This document shows positions 1-12,984 of a stretch of 64,000 bases of DNA, piece after piece. Position 1 is the first letter of the stretch, and each line of letters opens with the position of its first letter. The stretch comes from the human T2T-CHM13v2.0 reference genome, Homo sapiens. The notes beneath the pieces were generated by a model. The model was not told where the DNA came from and made no database searches. It was given only the letters and a program-made list of their open reading frames with translations. The DNA lies in NCBI RefSeq assembly GCF_009914755.1, contig NC_060932.1; one strand, 5' to 3'. A program made the translations under genes and the position numbers.

Positions 1-989
1 CTCAGAGTTGACTTTAATTTAGATTGTGCAGAGACCATGTATTGACCAACTAAGTGTTCCCTTAGGTATGACTCACCCAGGTGACATTATTTAAATTTGG
101 AGCTGCCTACAGCTGATTATGATGAATTGAACTGAGCGTATGAAACAGGAAAAAAAAATGAGAATGTAAAAGCAAATCAAAGGTGCTTCTTAGGAAAGGC
201 AGGAGCATGGATTCTACAAATGAGTATTTAGGCACAGAATGGATAGTTATTTAATTCCAAGACTTCACGTTGGCTTGCCAAAGACAGTCAGCGAGTGGAA
301 CATGCAGCTCCTCAGTCTTGGTGTGACTCAACAGCAGCTAGATTGACCAGAAGGCTGTCATGTTCAGACCAAAGAATCAATCACAGTCACACAGCGATTC
401 TTTAAAGACCTGCACATGCCTCTAGTCATATAAAAAAGGAAAAAGAAAAAGAAAATAAAGTTGAAAGAGCTTATCCGAAAATTGTGTTTGGAGAGCATAT
501 TTTTTAAATGAAAAAGGCCCATCCTATTCCAAGTTCTGAGGACCTGGACTACACACAGTAACCAGCTGATAAAACAGCTCCGCATCATGGAGGTGAGCAG
601 GACGGCGTGGGGGTGGATCCTGGCTCAGTGGAGCACCCCCATACGGTCAGGGCATGAGGCTGAAGTAGCCACGTGTGCAAAGACCCAACTGGTGGAAACC
701 CCACTGAGGCAAGTGTGGGAGGGCTTGAGTGAAGTGGTGGCTGGCACTGAAGGTCAGCAGAGCCCCCAGTAGAAAGGAGCTGGGTTTAGAGGATTTCTTC
801 TGTCCAGCAGGCTGCTAGCTGTGGCTGTGCTGTGGGAAAGAGCAGCAAGCCAGCCCTGCTTCGGGGGAAGCAGCCAGACCCAGGCTGGGCTCGGGAGAGT
901 CTTAGAAGGAGGCTGGGAATCGTGGTGTGCTGGGGAGTGTGGAGTCCCTTGGATGGCTGAACCAATTTGCTAACTTCAATCAAATGGCA

Positions 990-1700
990 CCTCTTGATGA
1001 TGCCTTCCAAAATAAAATCCTCATCCCTGGCTACTTCCCTGAATTTCAGACTCACAGGCACAAATGCCAGCTCCACGTTCCCACTGGGATGTCTCATCCT
1101 CACATACACCATGACATGTCTAAAAGAGAACACTGGGTTTCCCGCCCCACCTCCCACTGCTCCAACCCCAGCTTCCCATTCCAGTGAATGGCTTCACCTC
1201 CACCCAAGTGCTGTGCTGAGAGGCACCCTTGGTTCCTCTCTTCCCCTCTCCCACCCCCAAGCATCCAGTAGCAAGTGCCGTCTGCTCCACCTGCACCATG
1301 TACCTCAAATCTGCCCACCTTTCTCTACTCTCTGCCACTGTCATGGGGATCCAAGCCACCGTCATCTCTGGAAGGGACTGACCACCACCGTAGCCTCTTA
1401 ACCTCCCTTGCTTCTACCTCTGCCTCCCAATCTGTCCTTGAATAGAAAATCAAAGCAATATAATTTGCATTTTTACAAATGCAAATCAGGCCCCACATCT
1501 CTCCCCTGCCACAACCCACCACTAGCTCTCTTGGGCCAAGAGAACAAAATCCCACAGCCCACAAGGCACCTGCTGACCTGCCAGACTTGGCCCCCAACGT
1601 CCCACCTTCCTCTGCCCCCAGGCTGTGCTGAACAGCCTGTCCCACCCACGCCTGCCCCAAAGCCCAAGGTCTAAATACATGTGCCATGTTTCTGGAATGG
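990..1700. mobile_element. Degenerate L2 (LINE-2) fragment
   Basis: L2-like phrases (CCTGAATTTCAGACTCAC...CCCACTGGGATGTCTCA...ACATGTCTAAAA; later AAATGCAAATCAGG...TCTCCCCTG). Boundaries approximate. Confidence 0.6.
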
Positions 1701-1710
1701 TCTCCTAGAT

Positions 1711-1870
1711 CTAGGGTTCTCAAACCAGCAGCAGCAACACCTCCTGGGAGCCTGTCGACAACGCAACACGCTGAGGCCCCACCCCAGACCTACTGAGTCA
1801 GAAACTGCGCAGTGAGCCCAGTCATCTCACAACACCCTCTGTGCAACATGGTCCCAGGTGAGCACAGGCT
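1711..1870. mobile_element. MER5A-like hAT-Charlie MITE
   Basis: GGTTCTCAAAC...CAGCAGCAGCAACACCTCCTGGGAGC...GGCCCCACCCCAGACCTACTGAGTCAGAAACT resembles the MER5A consensus. Confidence 0.7.
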
Positions 1871-2304
1871 AGCTCCTCCTAGAGAGAGGCCTCACTGGCC
1901 ATGCTGTCTTTACCTTGTCCCTCCTCTCTCTCTCTACTTCCCTCTCTCTGCCTCTCTACCTTCCTCTCTGTCTCTTGTCTCTCTCTCTCTCCCCTGTCCT
2001 CCCACCTGGCTGTTTCCTTTGATTCAGAGCCATTACTCTGCCACTGTTTTACCTGCTTTTCCCCCCTTCTTATTGTCATGCCACCCTCCATCTGGAATGC
2101 AGGCTTTTTAAAAGCAAGGCCTCTGTCTATACTGCTCCTCCTAGCTGCCCACCTACCTAGAAGAGCTCAGTAGGAATGTAATATGTGCAATCAAGGAAGC
2201 AGGTTCTGAACGGTGCTGAGCACAGAAATCATGGGTTCCTGTTAACATGCACATTCTGCTTCAATACGTCAGTGGGACCTAGAAGAGCCAGGCTGTGTTC
2301 ACCT

Positions 2305-2478
2305 ACAGCAAACTCAAATGTACATCAGAATCACCCAGAGGTTCAAACGCAACAGCTGGATCCACCCTAGAGTTTCTGACACAGTAAGTCCAGGGTAGGA
2401 CCTAGTGTGATGCATTGCTAAGGAGCTCCCAGGTGAGGCTGGCATTGCTGGCACTTGGACCACAGTGTGAATATTAAG
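2305..2478. mobile_element. MER5A-like MITE, opposite orientation to 1711-1870
   Basis: CATCAGAATCACCCAGAGG...CCCTAGAGTTTCTGACACAGTAAGTCCAGGGTAGGACC...CTCCCAGGTGAGGCTG. Confidence 0.6.
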
Positions 2479-3467
2479 GCATTACATTCTAGCCTAAAGG
2501 GGTGGGGAAGGGGTGGGAAAGGACACTAAGGGGTTACACAGACTTCCAGCGCCCACACCTGGCATTGCAGCATAGCATCTGGTTACGGCAAGACCTCGTC
2601 CCAAACCTCACCAGGCAAAGGGCTGGCATCCCTCCATCTCCTTGGAAAGAACCATGCACACCACACCTAGCCCCAGCAATGGGACCCTCAGTGACTTGGA
2701 GACTACGAGACAGCATAGCCACATGAGCATGGGACACACACTTGGAGGTGCGCGTGTGTGCATGCCAGCGGCCTGCTGAGTTGGGAATGGGCTGAAAGGA
2801 CATTTTCTATCATGTTAAAATGCCTTGTCCATAGGTAAAGGGAAGCCTTGGAAAGATTGTAAGCATCAGAGATGATAGGGTCAGACCTGGGTTTTAAAAA
2901 ATCACTTCAACGAACAATACGTAAGGAGGGGAAAGCAAGTGCAGACCCTCAGATGAATCTTTATTCAAACCTCGTGCATCTGTTTTGGAAGTCTAGATTT
3001 TTATTCCTTGAGTTTGTTTGAAGCTGGATGCAATTGGCATTACATTCTAATCTGATATAACAAAGAAAGGAGCTCAACGCCTCAATATTTGTTTCATCTC
3101 TGCTGCTAGAAAATGTCATTACGAAAATAGCAGCATCTGTTGGGAGTCCATGGGCACATCACAGATATGCAAGCATGTCCTCTAAAATGGTCTCATCACA
3201 AAATATTGACTTTATTTAAGGCTTTAACAAGCAACAGAGCTCGCTGAAACAGGCCGCAGGAAACAGGCTGCAGGCAACGAGACCACAGATCCCCAGGACA
3301 AAGTGCTTTCTTTGGGTTTTTTCTTAGTTCTTTGTAAAATGTAGAAAATTCTTTTTTGAGGGGAATTAAAAGCATACAACAAATGTCAGCCAAACTTCAC
3401 AAGGGCCTAACTATGCAAAAACAGAAGAAAAACTGAAAAAGAGAAGGATGGAAAGAACAATAGCTTA

Positions 3468-3785
<318 letters not shown>

Positions 3786-4317
3786 CACAGGCACTTATTA
3801 TAAATCCAACCATAAATAGGTTTATGTAATTTTTAACAATTTATTTCAGGAGGCTCCCAAGTCCTTTCTGTTTTCAATATCATGATTAGCCTACATTGTG
3901 TCAATTTATTTTGTTCTTTCCTGGGTAAGCCCAGGGCCCCATGAAAGAGGACAGCTTTGATTCTGGTTGGCTGCTGGAGCTGCTCCTTAGTGAGGCAATG
4001 TCACCCACAAAACAAGTGTGTAGAGTGATGTCTACCTAACAGCATTGTTTGGACATTTTTATAGAATCATCTATTTACACATTATTTTTGTAAAATGTGC
4101 AAACAAATAGAACTCCAGCTTATGTTTTAATGATAGAATAGCACTGAACAAGTTGGATGCTATTTGCTGACCCAGAACTAGGCACTGACCTAGGGCATGG
4201 CTGGTAGCTTTTATTCCTATATCCCCAGCCTCTAGCATATGGCTGGGCACACAGCAGGCACCCAATAAACACTTGATGAGGAGATGAAGGAATTTTTCTT
4301 ACAATGTCTCAGATTCT

Positions 4318-4475
4318 TCTTTTTTTTTCTTTAAAGATGGGGTCTCACTCTGTTGCCCAGGCTGCAGTGCAGTGGCGCATCACAGCTCACTGTAACCTGG
4401 AACTCCTGGGCTCAAAGGATCCTGACACCTCACCTTCCCAAGTAGCTGAGACTACAGGTGCGGCCACCATGACCT
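4318..4475 (-). mobile_element. Alu right-arm monomer (FRAM/AluJ fragment)
   Basis: Poly-T then GATGGGGTCTCACTCTGTTGCCCAGGCTG...GTAGCTGAGACTACAGG; one arm only. Confidence 0.85.
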
Positions 4476-5375
4476 CAGACACATCATTGCAAAATAACTT
4501 ATAAATCATGCTCCAGACCTATTATACTCAAGAATTCTGGAATTATGTTTCACCATATCAACTCATATATTTCAATGTTTATAAGTGTCTTATTAAAGTG
4601 TCTAAGCTTATGTGTGGCAAATACACAGACACAAACTAAAGTACAGCCTTTTAAATGTGTTTTTCTGTTCTAGCTTGACACTAATCGAACGGGCTTTTTA
4701 AATGAGCATTCTTATTATCCCAAAATTTCATTTGAATATTTTGTAATGACTGTCTCATTTATGTTTCAACTCATTCAACCTCTTCCTGACATTTCCATTA
4801 AAATCAATGTAGCTTCTCCCTTTCTTTCTCTACAGATAGAACATATACTTATAACTCAAAGAGATATCATCAAGCTAGATTTATTTAGAACCTACTGGAT
4901 CTCACCCAGGTGTTCCTCTCTCAACATCAGCACAGTAAATACAAATCATATGTAGCATTTCCTAACCATGTACTGCAGAGACAGATATGGATATCTCAGA
5001 TCTGCCTGTATCAATTCTCTCTCATTCATTGTTATTCATTAGAAATCTAGGTTTTCCTGCAAATTAAAACAACTGGTCCCAAGGTTAGCTTTTCTCTTCT
5101 CTATTCAGATAAATAGAAACAGTGGTTTTCCAAACTAGAGGCAAACTTTAGAGGCCCTTCTAATAAACCAGACATTGTGATAACAAAACCCCTAATCCTT
5201 AGGGCTCTCGTGGTGGTGATGACAGCAAGGCACTTAGAAATAGACAAGGCACTATATAAATGTACATTGCAAGAAGCTGATTCTTCTGGGCTGCCCCCTG
5301 GAATGCTTTCCTTGTTGGTTTACTTGGCTGTCTTCTCATCATTTCAACATCTGCTTAAATGTTAGACCCAGAGAG

Positions 5376-5582
5376 TTCTTCTACTTTGGCCTCCAATCTA
5401 AGACATGGTACTCCCTCCTTGAATTCTCTTCACTGTCTGGGTCATTCTTCTACTCTGACCTCCAATGTAAGATGTGGTCCTCCCTCCTTGAATTCTCTTC
5501 GCTGTTTGGGTCATTCTTCTACCCTGACCTCCAATCTAAGATGTGATACTCCCTCCTTGAATTCCCTGCACTGTTTGGGTCA
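5376..5582. repeat. Tandem repeat, 3 x 69 bp
   Basis: Units start TTCTTCTAC at 5376, 5445 and 5514; each contains CCTCCAAT.TAAGA...CTCCCTCCTTGAATTC and ends TGGGTCA. Confidence 0.95.
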
Positions 5583-6369
5583 CTGTCTGATATTTTACTT
5601 CTCTATCAGTTTCCAGTTGCTGCTGGGCTTCCCCACAGGAAGATCAGCAGGGCGTGGTCCGTTTCCTTTACCACTCAAACCCCAGATCCAGAGAGAATGC
5701 CGAGAACTCTGAAGCTCCCCATAGATAATTGCTGGGTGATTGCAGAAGTCTACCAAAAAGCTGATATTTTAAAGATTTCTTTATTACTAGGGCTCATGAC
5801 TCCCTGGGCTTATTGATTTTTCAATAAATATTTGTTGAGTACCTGGCCTGTAAGAACTATTCTGCATATTAACAATCCATTAGTAACAAACTAGAAAACC
5901 AAAACCCCTACTCCCATAGAGCTTGTATTGTAGTGCAGAGAGGCAGATGATAAGTCAACACAGTAGGTAAATGCAGGTTGTTAGAAGATCTGGAAGAACA
6001 AGGTCGGGGTGCTGAGAGAGAGAATGAATGTCCATTTTAGATGTTCTGCTTATTTTAAGTCTTGCTTTTAACTTTCCAAAGAATCTTCAAAATGATCTCG
6101 TTTCGACCTCCCCATAACCCTGTGCATATACATTCATGAAGACTAGAATAGTTCTAAGTCTTAGCATCCCTTGTGCAGTTTCTTCTCTGTGCCTTTAGCC
6201 AATTCGACAGATTTGGTGGAAAACTCTGTCAGGGCCTCAGTTGCTTCACCGGTAAAATGAGAGGGTGAAACTAGACTCTAAAATTCTTTCCAGCCCTAGA
6301 AATATTATAATGACAATGTTAAACTTTGCTTGAGCCCTTGATCCTGGGAAACAGAAAATGTCAAGAAAT

Positions 6370-6579
6370 CCCACCCCACATCCACCTCCCACACCTAACC
6401 CCACCTCCCACCCTCCACTTCCCACCCCCCACCCATCTCCTACCCCCAACACCCCCCACCACTCACCCTCCACCCCACCACCCACTTCCCACCCCTCACC
6501 CCACCCACCACCCATCCCACCACCACCCACCACCACCACCACCCATCACCCATCACTACCACCCACCCCACCACCCACT
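6370..6579. repeat. C-rich low-complexity tract (CCCA/CCA-like)
   Basis: About 210 bp of CCACCCC/CCACCA variants; G-rich on the minus strand. Confidence 0.9.
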
Positions 6580-6580
6580 T

Positions 6581-6810
6581 TAGCCCAGGAGTTCAAGACC
6601 AGCTTGGGCAACATAATGAGACCCCCTCTCTACAAAAAATTTATAAACTTTCTAGGTGTGGTGGTGCACACCTGTAGTCAGTCCCAGTTCCTCAGGAGTC
6701 TGAGGCAGGAGGATCGCTGAAGCCCAGGAGTTTGAGGCTGCTATGATCATGCCACTGTACTCCAGCCTGTGTGCAGAGTGAGACTCTGTCTCTAAAAAAA
6801 GAGAGAAAAA
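6581..6810 (+). mobile_element. 5'-truncated Alu (AluJ-like)
   Basis: Begins mid left arm (AGCCCAGGAGTTCAAGACCAGC); right arm ends GAGACTCTGTCTCTAAAAAAA. Confidence 0.9.
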
Positions 6811-7509
6811 TTCTTGCCTAACTCTAGAGGTTCTCAGAGATCTTAAGTGTAGAGCACTCTCCCTATTGCAATAGTCCCCTGCCCCAGCAATGGTTCCCTT
6901 CCCCCATCTTGCAATAATACTTTCAAATACTTTCTCCGAAGTTTTGATTTGCTTTTTATTGGACAATAACTTGGATACAACTGAGCTAATTTATGATTAC
7001 TCACAACCAGTCACATTCAAAACAGCAGCCTACCATCTGAAAAAGGCCTGAAAAGTATCTTAAATGTTGATGGAAGTCTCCTAAAGAAGCACCATACCAG
7101 GCGTGCAGACTAAGTTACACAGAGGTAACAAATGGCCTTCAACTTTGATTTTGGCTAACTTAATGTGTGGATTTTAGAATCTAAATAAGAAGACATGATG
7201 CCTCTGTCAATAAACTGAAATTTCTATCTGCTTGTCTATCACTACAGGACACAAAACAGCCAGATGGGGTTTTCTGCATTTTGTTCTAAAGAATTTGGAG
7301 GGTTCCTTGATGTCAGGGTGAGTGTGAGAGAGGCATCAGAAGGAGACATTATCTTCCAAAGCTGTAGAACCCAGCACAAGAAGAGGCTCCTGTCTTCCAA
7401 TTAGGAGGAATGGGAGTATGTGTCAAGATATAATAGCCAAGGACAAGCTGCAGTGGCTTTCAATTCAAACCTCAAATCAAAAGTCACCCAAGCTGCAGGT
7501 GTTGGTGCT

Positions 7510-7523
7510 GTTACCATGGTAAC
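7510..7523. promoter_or_regulatory. Perfect palindromic RFX (X-box) motif; candidate site
   Basis: GTTACCATGGTAAC matches the RFX consensus GTTRCCATGGYAAC. Occupancy unknown. Confidence 0.5.
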
Positions 7524-9919
7524 TACACTGTAACGCACTGCACTTCCTCAGTTTGTTGATGTGTGGGCAGCTGATGACCCTCCCAGGCACCCAGATAGGA
7601 CAGATGCCACAGCAGTGTCCCACTGGGGTCACCAAATGCTGCTGAATACCTACAAGTGAACATTTGTGTTGAAATTCACAGCTTATAAATCATCTCATGG
7701 GATGATTTGTGATCTAAAGATCTATGAAATCAGGGATTTTTTCTCTTTTTTCAATTTTTTATACCCTGCGCCTAGAATAGAAACAAAGGTGTTGTTGGTG
7801 GGTCCACAAATATGTGTTGAAAGAATTCTCACAACAATCCTTTGAGATAGTGCCCCTATTTTTAAGTTTGGAAGCTGGAGGTTTAGGGAACAAATGCAGC
7901 TTGTCCAAGGTGATTGTAACAGAGGGTGACACTTCTGAAGGAATGTTAGTAGTGTCACTTTCGGTCATATGGAACTTGAGATACCTGGGACATATCCAGT
8001 TTCAGGTGTCAGCCTCTCCCGTATCCAGAAGAGATTTTTTTCCCCCATCAACTCCTAAAATACTTTTTGATGCCATGTCCCCATTTCAGGCAATTGTCAC
8101 ACACTGCCTGGTTTCACAATGGTCTCTGTGTAGATCATACTCTTCTAACTGGCTCATGGGTGTGGGTACAAGCGGATCATCTTCATTCTTAAGCCTTAGT
8201 AGTCTGGCTTCACTAGGGACCAGGACGTCTGTGAGTTTTATTATCAGTAAAAATTAAGGGTGTGGGTGAAAATGAAAACATCTCCATCACTGAGACCAGA
8301 AAAGGATTCTCATTTGCCACTCGACAGCTTTACCAGGACATGCTGCATGAGAAGACAGCTAGGAAGGTCAATGCCATTTGCGTAACTGGCTTTTGACAAC
8401 TCAGCTATGGCTAGGACTGCCAGTAAAGCTCAGCACCAGAAATGCTGCTTCATGCCTGCTGCCACATTTTTACTCTGAAGCAAGTCAAGACAAGGCTGGT
8501 TGGGTCAGGAAAGTTTCAACATCCCTACAAGCCAATGAAACACCCAAACTTAACAGCACTTTACTGCATAAGCTCCAGCACCCTACAGTTCCTGCCCCAT
8601 TTTTGTGGTTGGGAGCACCTCCTTTCCGGGGACAGCCATCAACCTGGAGCACCTCCAAAGGGGTGGCTCTCTGCCTTTTGACTTAAGCTTCTTCACGTAA
8701 TTCTCACACTATCCATCGTGAGATCCATGAAAACGGGGACTTTATCTCCACACCTCCAACCTGTAGAACAGTGCCAAGGATGTGCTCAATAAATGTATTT
8801 TGAGGGAATTTACATGAGTGAATTTGCTTCATCAGCCTTCAGCACTCTGGCTCTGCATGGAACTGTCCACTGTGTGTAACACCTCCACTCTCGATTTTAC
8901 TCCATGATGTCACTATTCCACAACACCTTAGACAATTATCTCTCAGGACACGGAGCTGTATTGGATGATTGGAATCTACCCCTCCATTTCAGCAGTTCTT
9001 GCTCCATTGTCATAATCTGGAGCACCTCCTTCCAGGGACAATCAACCTGGAGCACCTCCAAAGGGGTGGCCAAGCTTTGAAACTGTCATTGACAAAAAAT
9101 GGTAACAATTCTGGGGAGTAGAGAAACAGAAATCAGCAGATCCTCATTATTGACAGCATGCAAAATTGGGAAACTCTATCTGCTACATATTGATTTGAAG
9201 CAGCCCAACTCATCTCGATGGAGCCACAGGGGAATTGTTGCCCTAAATCCTGTCAACACCAATGCTTGGTCAGGATGGGAACACATGCTGCAGATAAGCT
9301 AATGTCACCATGGCTTTGGGGCTTCCCACACCTGGAAAACACTTGACAGAATTCTCTAAAAATTGAAAACTTCTCTAAAAATTCTCTAAAAGTCAAAAAA
9401 TGACAGAATTCTCTGTCACAAGATTTTAAAGTAAAATTTTCCTAAAGTTTAGCACAGATATCAGAAACAAAAGTGTCACGGGGTTTTAGGGGAAGCAGCA
9501 GGTCCATGGAGCTCCCTGTTCTTTCATTCCTATTATTAACACATTGAGTCTTGATGTCTTATGCTACGTTATTCAGTGCAGCACTGCCCAGATCCCCATG
9601 TCCTTACAGGAACATGCGTGCCTCGCTGAGGGCCTGTCTGAGCTCCAGGAGCTCCCTGGTGAGAGACTGATTATGCAGATCATTCTTCTCAGCTCTGTGG
9701 AAACTTCAGCCTGGAGCCAATTTGAACCTGTTCTCATCTGTCACAGACTGTGCCTGTTGGAGGACACAGAGAAGAGGGCAGTTGGGAGAAAGAAATGTTT
9801 GCACCTCGGCTTGTGAAGTGCTCCAAAGTCATCAATCCTGCTGATACTTGGTCTATCAAAATGCTCACACTTTTGGCTTGACAATTCTCCATCCAGGATT
9901 CTAGACTTGCATAATGACA

Positions 9920-10300
9920 CAAATGTGCAAGATGTACATTAAGTTTTATTTAAAACAGAAAAAAAAATAGAGACAACCTAAATGTTGGTTGTCATGGGGA
10001 TGGTTAAATAAATGATGATATGCTCACATTATGCTATACCATGCAGCCATTAATGTTTATGCTACAATATTGAGGGGTTTTTTCTTTAAAAAAGGAAACA
10101 TACTGCATATTCTGTGAGAGGAAAGTCTTGGCATATAAGTGTATGTTTGAACAGACGAAGCAGTTCATTGTGGTTTCCTCAAGGGAGTGAAAAAATGGGG
10201 ATGAAGTTAAAACAGACAACTTTTGCCTTTTACTTTAAATACATCTTTATTGTCTGAATTTTTTACATAAGAATATATCATTTTATAAATTAAAATAAAA
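9920..10300 (+). mobile_element. Old L1M (L1ME-like) 3' fragment
   Basis: ACAACCTAAATGT...GGGGATGGTTAAATAAAT...ACCATGCAGCCATTAA is typical of L1M 3' ends; heavily diverged. Confidence 0.55.
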
Positions 10301-11318
10301 TTTCAAACTAAGTGGTAAGAGTTTTAAAATCTCTAAACTGTATAGATGATAGAGAGAGAAAGATCTAGATTGGTCCATAGTTATTTCTAAGATACATTTA
10401 CTGAAAGTTGACACTATAGGATTTGGCTGACATGACAAGAAGAACATGAAGAAAATTATCCTTTTAGGATTAAAAGAAAAAAGCAACTAATTTCGAATCA
10501 TCTAGGTAAAATGAATTAATATACCTTGATGGAAGTCCACACCAATTTCAAATTGGCTGGTACTTCATCTGCCCTCTCTTCTTTGCTAATTGGCAATTTG
10601 CTAAGGATGAACAAGACACAGGATGCCTTTTATCAGCAGGAAATTTCACCTACCCTTTTCAGGAACTGCCTCAAATAAGGTTTCAACCAATTTAGCACTG
10701 CCCTCAAAGAAGCCTGAAGCTGGGAGATCTGAGGTTTTTGGACACACCAACAAATACAAAAGGAGAGAAATGGTCTCCAGTCACAGAACCCCGCCTTCGT
10801 TCAAGATCAAGTCTGAGCTGGCAAACTGAATGGTTGGAACCTCAGGCCAAAGCTTTTATCACAACAGAACTTTGTTCTTACCATGTCTAGCCTAATTCCT
10901 CGGAGACTCTGTTTCCACAGACCAGGAAAACAGCACTTGGTTTTGGGGCTTTTCTTTTAGAAATGAAATAATACAGAATCAGAACAAAACTTCAGATGAC
11001 ATATAATGGTGTAAAGAGGGAAGCACCTGCAAAACTCCCAGAAGATAAAAATAAGCCATTACTGTTTGATATATATACTTTTTCATATTTCCTGTGCAAA
11101 ATATGGCCATGTAAATATATAACTTATGTCCATAAGAGACTTTTACAAAATAATTATAGTATTCACTAGCCTGCTTTCTTTTCAATAATGCTATGTCCCA
11201 GATACTTTTTACGTTTATCAGTCTGTAAATATAATTTACACCATCATTTTTACCAGCCACATGGTATTTGTGTGTATACATAAACTATCATTTATTTAAC
11301 CCATTCTCCATGGATTTA

Positions 11319-11363
11319 CTACTTTTAACGGCAAAGACCACAATTACTTTAGTACCAACATAA
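11319..11363. mobile_element. Half MADE1 (Mariner MITE)
   Basis: TACTTTTAACGGCAAAGACCACAATTACTTTAGTACCAACATAA resembles the MADE1 arm ACTTTTAATGGCAAAAACCGCAATTACTTTTGCACCAACCTAA and is followed by TA. Confidence 0.75.
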
Positions 11364-11418
11364 TACATTTAGGATTTTCCTGCTTGCGATTTACTATACT
11401 GTAATAAACATCCTTGCA

Positions 11419-11716
11419 CTTTTTTTTTTTTTTTTTTGAGACAGAGTCTCACTCTGTCACCCAGGCGGGAGTGCAGTGGTGCGATCTCTCAGCTTACTGC
11501 AACTTCTGCCTCCCGGGTTCAAGCGATTCTCATGCCTCAGCCTCTCTAGTAGCTGGGATTACAGGCATGCAATACCATGCCCGGCTAATTTTTGTAGTTT
11601 TAGGAGAGAGGGGGTTTCACCATGTTGGCTAGGCTGGTCTCAAACTCCTGACCTCAAATGATCCAACACCTAGGCCTCCCAAAGTGCTGGGGTTACAGGC
11701 ATGGGCCACCGCTCCC
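11419..11716 (-). mobile_element. AluS
   Basis: Poly-T, GAGACAGAGTCTCACTCTGTCACCCAGG...CCTCCCAAAGTGCTGGG; lies in an old minus-strand L1M remnant (~11060-11830). Confidence 0.95.
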
Positions 11717-12984
11717 AACTCAGTAATTACTTTCTGTTATATTCATGGGAGTAGAATTGCAAGGTATATTCTGCACTTTAGTGCACACCAAACTGCCTTC
11801 AGAAAAGATGTACCTGTTTACACTTTCATCATTTTATCTGTTTTATATGTTTTCAGACACTTTATCCTGCAACTTTGACTACTTAACGGTGGGTTCCAAT
11901 AGTAAAAATAGTAACATATGCTTTGTGGTCATGTTAGCACTGATTAATTAGTAAACCTTCCACGTTTTCCAGTCAGTATCAACGTGGTCTTCCGTTTATT
12001 TTCCTAATCTCACTTTTCGTAACCTCCCTTTCTCTTCTTGTCTCACTTCCTTACATTTCTTCTGAACCTCCATATACCTGTCTCATTAAATTTAATGATT
12101 AAACTTTTTAATTACAATTGTAAAAGTATCTCTAATCAATTAATACATCTCAACCAAAGATAAAAATATGGAACTCTTATAAACTATTGACTAACCAATG
12201 AGAAGAGCACTGTATTGAGAGAGTGAAGAATGATACGTGGCAGTATAAAATGATTTCAGTGATAAAGTTTTTAGCTTATGAATAAAAAGAAAAATGCTAG
12301 TTTGTGTTGCAAATAAAATAAGCTGGGAAATGTTTGGATGTTTTGAAATTTAGAAAGAGAATGAGTTAGGGCATGGTGGCTTCCAGAAGGAGAAATAAGA
12401 GTGAAATGTATGATGTTACTTCTATTTTATATTATGTGAAATATGATATACTCATCTCAGTGTGGTATACATGGCTGATAAGAGCTTAAACTGTTACATT
12501 TGTGAAGTTATTTGGGCTTTTGCAGAGTACACTGTCTAGGAAATGACTCATATGGAGGACAGCTGAACTCCTTCAACGGCCTAAAATCGCCTCACGCACA
12601 AAGCAGTGGGCTACATACAGCACAATTGTAGTCCACTCACTATATACTCAAAAGTCCTGTAATTCACCATCCATCACATTTATGGGGCCTGAGAAATGTG
12701 CCCGTAACTCTAAAAATCACACTCGGTAATTCCAAGGACAGTGGTGCCAGCAGCTTGGAGCCATCGATGCTTCCAGGTCACTGGTCCGTGGTCCTTGATC
12801 ATCCCACAGTTCTTGGCATGACTCAAGGATGTATTGACATAAGTCAGAACCAGTCATTCACCCTAAAAGCTAGGCTGCCTGGAACATTACTCACAAATTC
12901 CTTTCCCAAGATTCCCAACAGACAGCCAGCAGAGGAAGGGAGAAGATACATCAGGGAGAGGTGAGGACACAGGGAACGAACATA

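Noticed and set aside
533-600. Possible plus-strand exon ending GAG|GTGAGC
   Set aside because: The donor is plausible but the acceptor is weak, and there is no recognisable peptide or partner exon.
6246-6720. Pro/His- and Gly-rich ORFs
   Set aside because: Translations of the C-rich low-complexity tract and the adjacent Alu.
7814-8257. 147-aa ORF in apparently unique DNA
   Set aside because: No recognisable domain, non-ATG start, begins in MIR-like sequence; consistent with a chance ORF.
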